From positions 13,526,698 through 13,590,697 of the forward strand of contig OZ037765.1 of the NCBI GenBank assembly GCA_964035545.1: a stretch of DNA of 64,000 bases, read 5' to 3'. This document shows, piece after piece, positions 1 through 10,350 of this stretch. How positions within the stretch are numbered: the stretch's first letter is position 1; each line of letters opens with the position of its first letter. The DNA comes from Bugula neritina (taxonomy: Eukaryota; Animalia; Bryozoa). A model generated the notes under the pieces. It made no database searches, was not told where the DNA came from, and saw nothing but the letters and a program-made list of their open reading frames with translations. The position numbers and the translations under genes were made by a program.

Positions 1-830
1 CTGCATTGAGCATCCTTAGCTGGGCATTCCGCTTTTGAATGTGGTTCCCTACCGCACCTTTTACAAGAATCCTGGCTGTTTGTAGGCTTGTACATCTGAG
101 AGTTAACTGGCAGCTGGACAGCATCTCCCTGCTTGCGTGTATTACTTGGTTTGCTTTGCTTATATTTAGGGTAGCTGCTTTGTGCTTTACTTATAGCATC
201 TACAGACCCTGAGCTTGCTCCTTTTGTTACACTTTGCATCACAGTTGAAGTGACTTCACTGCTCCTACAAATACGTACTGCCTGGTCTAGCGTTAAAGTG
301 TTACCTTGAGAAATCAATTTCTTTCTAAGAGAGTCATCTCTAATTCCTAAAACAATTCGATCTCTCAGCATCTCATCAAATGGTGCTGGTGCCTCATCAG
401 TGGCAGGTCGGTAATTAAATCCACATTTATCTGCTAGCGCACGTAATTCTGAGTAAAAAGCATCAAAATTCTCTCCTTGTAATTGACACCTTGTATTAAA
501 TTTATAACGTTCGTGCACTATATTTCGTTCTCCTACACAGTATTGCTCCAAAATGTCTATTATCGCTGCTAGACTCTTATCATTCTGATATTTGTGACTT
601 GACTCTACCACTCGGCATGCATCATCACCAATTGTATATAATAGCAATGCTCTCTGGTACTCATCACTTTCCTCCGAAAGTCTAGACAGAATGTAAAACG
701 ACTGCCACCGGCTTTTAAATCTTCTGAAGTTTTGCTCACGCTCACAATTCAAAACGATCTCACCTGGTGGTTCGATTCTGGGTGCATTCCTATGCACAAT
801 TATTTGTTGCTGAACTTCTTCATCGCCCAT
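1..830 (-). CDS. gag: Retrotransposon Gag with CCHC zinc knuckle (partial, runs off window)
   Basis: Manual translation: MGDEEVQQQ...NFRRFKSRWQSFYILSRL...ALLLYTIGDDA...YCVGERNIVHERYKFNTRCQLQGENFDAFYSELRALADKCGF...MLRDRIVLGIRDDSLRKKLI...LTLDQAVRICRSSE...CKRCGREPHSKAECPAKDAQC. Contains a C-x2-C-x4-H-x4-C knuckle. Absent from the ORF track because there is no stop in the window. Confidence 0.92.
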   Translation of the reverse strand, partial: MGDEEVQQQIIVHRNAPRIEPPGEIVLNCEREQNFRRFKSRWQSFYILSRLSEESDEYQRALLLYTIGDDACRVVESSHKYQNDKSLAAIIDILEQYCVGERNIVHERYKFNTRCQLQGENFDAFYSELRALADKCGFNYRPATDEAPAPFDEMLRDRIVLGIRDDSLRKKLISQGNTLTLDQAVRICRSSEVTSTVMQSVTKGASSGSVDAISKAQSSYPKYKQSKPSNTRKQGDAVQLPVNSQMYKPTNSQDSCKRCGREPHSKAECPAKDAQC

Positions 831-844
831 TATTAGTTTTAACT

Positions 845-854
845 GCTGCCACCA
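845..854 (-). promoter_or_regulatory. Primer-binding site complementary to the tRNA-Leu 3' end
   Basis: TGGTGGCAGC immediately follows the LTR-terminal CA; it is the complement of GCTGCCACCA. Confidence 0.8.
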
Positions 855-1006
855 TGTGTGATTGGTGCGTAAGAGTACAACAACGTTGGATTGAGTCTAA
901 GCTGATAATTATCGTGATTTATTTCAATTCTAGCTAGTAGGAAAATCCCCGAGCTCAACGAGTCTCGCGGTGAATAATAGCGAGTCAAACAACACAACAC
1001 TTGACA
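855..1006 (-). repeat. 5' LTR (~152 bp)
   Basis: Minus strand begins TGTCAAG and ends CACACA directly before the PBS, and contains AATAAA. The outer boundary is inferred from the TG...CA rule because the second LTR is not in the window. Confidence 0.65.
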
Positions 1007-1134
1007 TGCCAGAATAGTTTAGCATACAATAGAATAATTTGTTTCAACTGCAAACTTTATCACAGCAACTATGAATAAAGTAAATTTTAAGCTAAAAATT
1101 TCCGGCCAGTCACCTAGCATTGCTTTGTAACCGT

Positions 1135-1437
1135 ACCCCTCACCCACACTTACCGTACCGTAGGCCGTAACAACAAATATCAGCCATTTTTACAAATGTC
1201 TGAGCTTCCTATACGGCGTTGCGGTACAGTAGGATCAAGCACTGCTTGATTCAAATAAGTTGCGCCGAGCTCCTATTGGACAGAAAAACTTTTGCGTCAA
1301 CTCACTGGATATGAATGTCCAATGAAGTGTCATAGATCTTACCTAATAGCGGACTTTGAAAACTTCAGCCCGAACACATTCAAAATGGCTGATATTTTAT
1401 GTTACTGCCTATGGTACGGTAGGTGTGAATGAGGGGT
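1135..1437. mobile_element. MITE / non-autonomous DNA transposon (~300 bp; termini reminiscent of PIF/Harbinger)
   Basis: ~56 bp imperfect terminal inverted repeats: ACCCCTCACCCACACTTACCGTACCGTAGGCCGTAACAACAAATATCAGCCATTTT versus reverse complement of the right end ACCCCTCATTCACACCTACCGTACCATAGGCAGTAACATAAAATATCAGCCATTTT. No coding capacity. Confidence 0.8.
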
Positions 1438-2078
1438 TAGAAACCAGGTGGCTAATTAAACTTACCCAACATAATGGTTTATATTATGGTGTAAAAATAA
1501 ATACTACAAGATAAAAGTAGATTAAAGAAACTTTATCAAAATTATAACACGAAGATAGAATATAATTTAACCTTGCATAATGTCTCTATGAATTATGTGT
1601 TAACATTTCTATATTATGAAACTGATTTTTCCGTACACATATCTTTAGGCTCAAGTTAATAAGGGAATTCGTTGATGACAGAAGGCTTTTAAAACTATTG
1701 CAACCAATAATACTTTCAGAATGCTACTCATGAGTAAAGATAAATAATTATACATATCTGATAAAATTCAATTTTAGTGAGAACATGGAGTGATTGAATT
1801 ATGACTACATTCTCGTATTAAACATTTTAATTAAATTTTCAGTCCTATCTGTATTAATATTACGAATTGATACTTTTATAATAGATATAAGCTGATGAGA
1901 CATAATCATTAGTAAATATGTATCATTTCTAAGAACTAATTGGCAGATTTTAAGCGAAATGTTGCCAGCTAAAAAATTTGACTCGTTTTAACTTTCTGCC
2001 ACACATTGCAATGTAACACTGACCAAAAATTAATGAATTCACAAACTAAATAAATATATCAACACCATCAACACATAC

Positions 2079-5000
2079 CTGAATATTTTGCACGCGCACT
2101 TTGTATATCCACATAGGAACTGGTAAAGTAATGTTGAGATGTTGGTACTGAGTGTTCTTTATTCTCCCAGTTTGGTTTAGACCTTTGTCTATCATAGCCA
2201 GATTTCCATATCTCCTTTCTCTCTTCGGGGGGATTTGGATCATACTCTTCGTCCCCAGAATACTCGTGCAGTTTGGATTGCTGCATTGCTGATCTCTTAG
2301 CCGCTGGGTTTCGTGGTGCAGGTAAAGAATACTGGTCTCTTTTAGAAAGCACATCAGTTCTTACAGCACCAGCTAAGAAGACATAAAAATATAACTTTTA
2401 CAGTCAACATCTCTTTCTAGTATAGACAAGTTTGACGTCATCACAAGTTCCTAATAAAGAGTTGCTAGTACCAATGATAATCATCCATGTTAAATATTAG
2501 CTTGGTAATGTAGGTGAGCAGCCACAATATCCATCTTACTCTAGTTATGCTGGTGACTGTGAGGACATATTGAGCATACCTTAAGTGATAAAGGATCAAC
2601 CTGTTCACAGTTGTTATGCTATGATATTGAATACTGACTAGAAATATGGTTATGAAACATTTAATAGCTTCAGCACACGCATTGTGTAAGGTGCAAATTT
2701 CATGTTAGGTTATCATAGTTGAACAGTTAAACTTCGAATATGTTACAAAACATAAAATTATTTAGAACTAAATTGCCTAGATCTAAATACAACTTTAATG
2801 CCCAGTATAACCATTAACTTGACCTACGATAAGGTTGGAACCCATAGATGGCTTGCTGGCTTAGAAAATTGGAGCAAACCATTCTATAATGCACTACCAA
2901 ATTAATACAACATATAAAGTATACATATTATTATACGGTTATTATAATTCTGTTTATATTTATTCATTGTCAGCACCTCTTTTAACCCAAGCTACACTCT
3001 CCCTTGTCTTCTGAATAGCAGTATTATGTCGTCTGCTAGAAAGGTGAGTTGTAATCTCATAATCCTTCCAACCAATAACGCTCAAGCAAATCTAAAACAC
3101 ACCAAAAAGCTTTTTCAAGGCTGAAGGTAGATAATTTATTGTCCACACGAAAGGGAGAATGTTAAATTACAATCCATAATTGAAATCAACTTCATCGCTA
3201 ATAGACCACAGGCAAGTCTTGGGTAAAAACAGCTTCACCCACTTATCAAATCACTGGAGGCTATCAAACAAAGTAACTTTAAGTTAAGTTTACCTCACAG
3301 AAATTATATTTGAGATGTCGATCTTTGATTCGTACAGGAGGCAAATATGTCTACAAACAGCAGAAAAAATATTTTAGACCCAAGACGATGAAATTCATAG
3401 TGAAATATTATAAATATAATGTACGTATATCTATCTTTTAACACTACAGTTACAACAGATCACACTTTTAATAAGCAAACATCAGTTTTTAAAGAAAAAA
3501 TGTTTTGACTGGTTACTTTTATGTAAACTACCATTGAACATGCAAAAAGATCTGAGATAACTATGATTTATGTACACCATTTCACTCCGACAAAGTCTGG
3601 TCAGCTAAAAAAAACTTGTTTCTAATAATAAAATTTTGAAAATAAAACTAATATTATACCAATTTTATAAAAAACGAAATTGCTCCGTGCACAACTTTTC
3701 CCAATAAACCTGTAAACTAACCTAATTGTTTGCAAAATTTTACCTTGTATTTCCGATGAGCGGGTGATGTTGGCAAGGATACCCATCGGTAGACTTCCTA
3801 GAACCCAACATAACAACATTTATATATCCATGTATCATTCAAACGCATCGAGATATTCAGCGATAAAGGAAACTTACAACATCCTAATAAACTGCATCAC
3901 CATCAACCAGTCAATAATTCGAACGGTTATCTTCACTGGGAACTTTTTGCGATCACCATCAAATATGGGAACCTGTACCATACTGTTCTAACAATATACT
4001 GTACTTACGTGCAAGTGCTCTGGCTTCTGTATATGATTTATCATTTCCTCTACATCAATTTCATGAACATCACATAACTAAAACGCATATACAGCTCATT
4101 AGAAACTGCATAGTATGTATATTATACATTTTGCAACAACAAAATGAAACATTACAGCATTAAAAATGAACAAGTTTGACCAAATTTTTAGCTTTGAGCT
4201 ACGTATAAATAAATTATTTTATGAAACCTTACACTGCAAGAAAGTTTTCGAATCAAATCCGCATTACTTTTAGCAGACGCAATCATTTCTTGAATGAACA
4301 CGTAATTGACATCCGCCTACAATTAAAAACCAAAGTAATAAGTGGGTGCTCAGAACAAAGTAATAACAAGGTACTCAGAAAAAATAATGACAGCCATCAT
4401 ATTTTTTATAGAACACCTGCTCATATTATACATTTGAACTTACTCTTCTTAGGTTGCCTTCAATATTCATCCTATTATCTGAGTCCTGTTGCACAGACTT
4501 GGACCGATCCTATAAGAGATGCATCAGTACAACTAAACCTAATGCGAGTGAAACGTTTGAATCCCAATTATACTTAAAACTGATCCGATGTTTCATTGTG
4601 AAACCCTTCAGACTTTTATCTTCTACATTAAAGATAGCCAGTTTAAAAAGGAATTACAGAAGAAAAAGTGGAATCCATAATATTAGGCATTGTTAAATAA
4701 AATAACCAATTGTATATTATCAACCTGAACTTCAGCTAAACACCACCATATTAAGAATGAAGATACTAGTTTGATATTTATTGTAAAGGCAAACACCACA
4801 TCTATGAGGTGGTCATAGCCTACTGTATCTATTTTGATTGATACTTACGTCAACTGCTTTGTGAGATAAATATGTATGTTTGGACTTCACGAATTTTCTA
4901 GAAAATAGAACAAAAAATAAAGCTTATAAGTAATACCTAAAAAAAATTCATTTATTTGTTCAGAGAATTTGTTAGTTGTGAATGTGATCATGAATACAAA

Positions 5001-6103
5001 AATCAAGTAATCTTTTAGCAACCAAAAAAGGGGAGGTATCTCCATCTCAACAATAGAAATGAACTACATAAACTAGACTTCCACATAAAGAAACCTTCAA
5101 ATGTGTTTTACAGAATAAAACTGTTGATGAAAAACTATCGTTTTCACATAGTCTTCAGATTATATGCATGAAGTGAATGATTTTTACCCTCCACGAGGCC
5201 AGCCCGCTCCAGTGAGATATTGCCCTTCCTGAGAACTATAGTTGCTGTTAGCATCAACTTCCTTTCCCTTTTTCTTCAGCCTCTTTTCGTATGAAAAGAG
5301 TTGTGAAGAGTTTTCCTTTGTGCTTGAACCTTCAGAAAATTCAAATGATTTGGGCGCATCATGAGGTGGCAACTGTCCATTACCTGGTACACCTTGAACA
5401 GTATTATCTAAAAATATAATAAATCAAAAACACTATTAATTTTCTTGATATAGAAAACAAAGCCAGTCATTATGTAGCTATTAAAGCCCATAAAGAAAGA
5501 AAATGTAAACCTACATATTGCACCAAATATGCTTTTGATGAAATAAGTATAACAAGTGTTCCACTCAGCAGCAACATCATAAAATGATGAGGTAACAGCA
5601 AATTAACAAAAAATGACTACCCTTAAAATCAGTGTAATATTAACAAAGTTACCATTAACAAAAGGCCATGGACCAGAAGAGGGCATTTGCTGAAACTGCA
5701 TTGTATTTATGCCAGATCCAAATTGAGAAGGCATTGCAGGCTGTGGCATTACAGGCTGTGGCATTCCTTGCTGTGGCATTCCTTGCTGTGACATTCCTTG
5801 CTGCTGTTGCATGTTTGACATCTGCTGAAACTGTGGGAATTGTTGTTGATTCACTTGTCCATAACTAATAGCAGCTGCAACTAACTGAAATTGGTTTCCC
5901 TGTTCATTCCCTATAAAGATTTCATATATTAAAAAGAATAAAGAAATGGGCTAATGTAAATTGAATAAATGACTCAAATTCGTGTGTATATATAAAGAGA
6001 ACAATTAGGAAAACAACATGTTACACTTACCCATAGGTGTCATATTAGGATTGGGCCCACCATAAAATGAGGAACCCATATTATACTGCATTCCCCAATT
6101 CAT
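2079..6103 (-). CDS. Unidentified protein with Q/M/P/G-rich low-complexity N-terminus and two U1/matrin-type C2H2 zinc fingers (at least 428 aa; 3' end uncertain)
   Basis: Ten phase-consistent GT-AG exons: 6103-6031, 5910-5653, 5407-5188, 4897-4849, 4509-4444, 4316-4233, 4077-4009, 3350-3294, 3091-2977, 2372-2079. Starts MNWGMQYNMGSSFYGGPNPNM. Fingers are CS|LCDVHEIDVEEMINHIQKPEH (C-x2-C-x12-H-x5-H) and CE|ICLSVIGWKDYEITTHLSSRRH (C-x2-C-x13-H-x5-H). The last exon either splices at G|GTATGT (2079) or reads to the stop at 2068. Confidence 0.8.
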
Positions 6104-7899
6104 GGTGAATGGCTAAACAAATTAGCCTGCTCTCTACAACATCAATTTATTCAACATAGTATTATATTAATGAGGTGGGTTTGAATCAGTACAAATAAAC
6201 AATCTCAGTCCCAAAACATTTTCCATAAAACATTTAAACATTAAAAAACCTACCAAAAGGTAAATTAAAAAAAATACGCATAAAGGCTTTGCTTTCAGTT
6301 ACTGATTCGATCTTGGATGAGCATTTCAGTGGTTAATCAATGCCCTAAATATAAGCTAAGAGAAGATAACCAACATCTATTTCTGCATCTTCAAAAACCT
6401 CTAGCAACAGTTTTCTCTCTTGAAACATTAGATTTTTGAGAATACTATTTCATAACACAAACTCAGCTTGCTATGCGCTAAAATATTATACATATTAGTC
6501 CCACACTTATAAACTAACCTGACTAAATGCTAGAAGATTTATTCCTACATATAAGCCCAAATAAAAAGATACAAGACACTCACAAAGTTTTCACCATTAA
6601 GCTTTACCAGAGTGATCTAATTTTCACAAGGTGACTTACTGATAATATTAATACTTAACAGCTAATTGGGAATAATAATTAATGATATTTAGATTATCAT
6701 TGGCCCTTTCTGATTTAAATTTAAAAAATTCACACCAACAACTACTGTATATACAGTCACAGTAAAAGTAATAGTATTAAGCAATTTACAACCACAACTA
6801 TTTGTCTGATAAGAGATATTGAGGCTTATTGATTGGATTTGTTTTTGCAATAATAATAATAAATATAATTATAATAAGGTAAATACACTGTAAAAAGATA
6901 TTTAACTATAATAATTCAATTTTATACTAATATAATTATTAGCTTTATAGTTATTTAGTTCAATATTTTGACTGAACAAATGATATTAATCATAATGCAT
7001 TCACTAGACATTTTGATTTTCTAGAATTAAGTGATTACTTAAATGCTATTAGACTGAGTAGCAAGTCTGTACTAAAAACTCACGCAAGTTTATAGTCCCT
7101 ACCTCTGTGAAAAAACTCTGATAAAACAGGAAAGGTTTTAACTTGAAGCAGGTTAAAAGCTTGTTCTATGTGGAACAGGAGCAATTACGACTAAATGCTC
7201 TTCCTAACATCACAGACAGACTTTACTAAAGATCTAACCTGATATTTCACGTTTACTAAGCTAAATGCTCCTAACCCCTAGACTACAACTGCTCCCTTAT
7301 GGTAGTAAGTATCTAAGGACTAAATCTAATAAATATTCGAAATGAGTGCTGGCTTCCGTATATGGTACAACTATAAGTGTAATCATAATTAGAGTAATAC
7401 TACAGCCTACACACATCAAGTTCAACACTTAACAAAAGTAGTAAGTTCGTGTATGTATATCTACCATATAAATATGCTTAAAATCATTGTTAGAGTGTAC
7501 CTTTTATATCTAGAGTAATTATTATAAGCAAATAGAAACCTATTAACAGTTTTCAACAGTCAACAGTCACTCTGAGTCTAGCATCAAAGTCAACACACAT
7601 GTTTATATTAAACTTAAAGTTTATCAACATAATGATAATTATACTTTAACTTATAGTTATAGTTATAACGATGAAATTAAACAAATCCGATACAGATAAT
7701 CACACTTCATAATCAATAATGAAACTTAAACTAAATAAATAAAAAGATATATCAATAATTTTAAATCAAAATGTCCAATGCTGATAAGGGAGATACTGTC
7801 ATACAATAGTTCACGTAGCACTAGAAGTTTGAATCCAAGATGATGATGAAACGAAGTTAAACTTTCAATTTGTCAACAAAAATTAAAATGAGTATAATA

Positions 7900-8510
7900 T
7901 TATTTATAATAGTATTAACATAATTATTAATAACCATTACTATGTCTAACGATTATAATTTATTTAAATTATTAATAAAACTTAAAAACAAAATAATGTC
8001 AATAGTAATAGTAATACTTAATAAGTATAATTTTAATTAATACTGATACTAATAGTAATAGTTATAGTAATGCTAAATAGTATTACTAATACTAGTAGTA
8101 ATAATAATACTGTAAGTAATACTATACTCTATAGCAATACTAATAATAAATTAATATGCTAGTATTATTTCACTATGACTATTACTATTAGTAAATCACT
8201 GATTTAGTAAATGTATTGCTATTAGTATTAGTATTACTAAAACTATTACTCTAATACTTAATAAATTATAGTATGATACTCAATAGTAAATAAGTATCAC
8301 TAATAGTAATAGTAATAGAGTAATAGTAACATTACTATTAGTATTAGTATTACTAATAAATAGTAATACTAATACTAATAGTAATACTAATAGTAATACT
8401 GAGTCTAATGCCATTAGACTTAGTAATACTAATAGTAATAGTAATGCTAAGCCTAATACTAATAGTAATAGACAATAATAATACAGTAATACTAATAGCA
8501 ATAGCCGATA
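7900..8510. repeat. Degenerate AT-rich hexamer low-complexity tract (TAATAG/TACTAA family)
   Basis: Runs of agtaat/actaat/agtatt in both orientations; perfect hairpin at 8331-8385. Confidence 0.85.
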
Positions 8511-8990
8511 CTGATACTCAAAGCAAAAGCCATCTCATTAGTCATTGGCCATTGGCTTTGGGCAATAGTCATAGATGATAGTGAAACTGAACAGACTGAG
8601 ACTCAGACTGAGACATTCGCCTTCGGTTTCACATTGACATACTCATAGTGATTAAGAGATTCACACTCTATCACCATATATATTCATTTCGATAGCAACT
8701 TGGACTAAAACCTAGAAGCTGATATATTACAAAGTGTTGAAGGTACGTAGTCGTATAACTATAACTTAAACTATAAGCATATCACTCTGATAAAATTATT
8801 ATGGAGGTATGATATACGAGAATGACTTGCTTATAGTTTTCCTATAACCAAGAGCAATAACTAGGTCATAGTTAATCTCGGGCTTCAGGATTAGAGGCTG
8901 TTTATTGGTTGAATTGCTAACCGACGACTTCGGAGCAGTATGAGATTCAGATTGAGTACGGCTTTAATTATATTATTACTAAGTCTAATA
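8510..8990. promoter_or_regulatory. Candidate divergent promoter / first-exon region for the zinc-finger gene (-) and FRMD4 (+)
   Basis: Lies between head-to-head genes and is locally richer in CpG. Candidate donors: minus GA|GTATGT at 8643/8642; plus AAG|GTACGT at 8742/8743 and CA|GTATGA at 8937/8938. Inference only. Confidence 0.4.
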
Positions 8991-9149
8991 ATAATATCAA
9001 TATAAAAATGATACCTTTTAGTATTAGGATTATTGCCTATTGCATTTATTAAAATGATTATTATTACTATTATTTGAAGCATGTTATTCATTTCAAATAT
9101 TAATTGGCATTGTGATTAAGTTTAAATGTTGATATACGTAATCTTATAC

Positions 9150-10350
9150 TTATACTATAAGTAAGTCTAATACTAATACAATAGTAATACTAATACTAAT
9201 AGTAATAGATTTACTAATACTAATACTAATAGTAATAGTAATACTAAATATAATATTTAATAATAATATTAATACTTATACATATAAATATTACTAATAG
9301 TAATACTAATAGTAATAGTAATACTAAATATAATATTTAATAATAATATTAATACTTATACATATAAATATTACTAATAGTAATACTAATAGTAATACTA
9401 ATAGTAATAGTAATACTATTACTATTAGTATTACTCTTACTCTTAGTCTCTTACTGCTAGTATTAGTATTAGTATTACTTTTACTATTAGTATTACTATT
9501 ACTAATAGTATTAGTATTACTATTAGTATAAACTTAAAGTTGAACTATTGAGTACAACTATAAGTATTGTGATTGTCTAATACTATTAGTATTACTATTA
9601 GTATTAGTATTAAAGTATTGCACTATTAGTATTACTATTACTATTAGTATTACTACTATTAGTATTAGACTTAGACTCACTCTTACTAAGAGTCTTAGTA
9701 ACTCACGTAGAGTTAGAGTTAGTTTTAGATTTAGTGTAACTATAAGTTAATATAAGTATAACTACAACATTAAGTTTAACTATAACTTATACTTATAGTT
9801 ATACTTATAGTTTAAGTATAACTATAAGTTAGTATAAGACTAAGTATTAGTATAAGTATTAGTATTACAATCATAATGTTAATTGCTATACTTATAGTTA
9901 TAGTTTAAGTTTAAAAGTTATACATTCACAGTTAATGTTGTAGTTATACTTATACTCATACTGGTTATATATTAAGTTATAGTAATACTAATAGTAATAG
10001 TAATACAAATACTAAGAGTAAAATCTTATAGTAATACCAATACTAATAGTAATAGTAGTACTAAACATATTACTAATAATAATACTAATATTACTTGAAA
10101 GTAATAGTATGTAATACTAATACGGTGCAGGTCATTTTGATTTTTGTACACATCACCAACTTACAGTAGCAAAGAGAATAGCTAATATTTATACTTATAC
10201 TCACACTGTAGGTATAAGTATAACTATTAATAGTAATACTATAACTAGCAATACTATAACTATAAGTTACAGTTATAATATTGCTATATCAGTATGACTA
10301 TGAGTATCACTATGTCTATTAGTATGACTAATAGTAATAGTAATATTATT
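9150..10350. repeat. Degenerate AT-rich hexamer low-complexity tract with an 80-bp tandem duplication
   Basis: (AGTAAT/ACTAAT/AGTTAT/ACTTAT)n-like sequence; 80-bp direct repeat starting at ~9224 and ~9304; palindrome at 9391-9435. Confidence 0.85.

Larger units (their letters stand above)
1..1006 (-). mobile_element. Ty3/gypsy LTR retrotransposon, 5' part (probably Mag-like); continues past the left window edge
   Basis: Minus strand shows LTR (1006-855), PBS (854-845) and gag ATG at 830, with an open frame to base 1. Confidence 0.9.

Noticed and set aside
3988-4008. Apparent 21-nt intron (GTAAGT...TTAG) followed by an open stretch on the minus strand
   Set aside because: Too short for a typical metazoan spliceosomal intron, and exon 4077-4009 splices in phase to 3350, giving a coherent second zinc finger.
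8280-8501. Leu/Val-rich ORF resembling a membrane protein
   Set aside because: Translation of the hexamer low-complexity tract.
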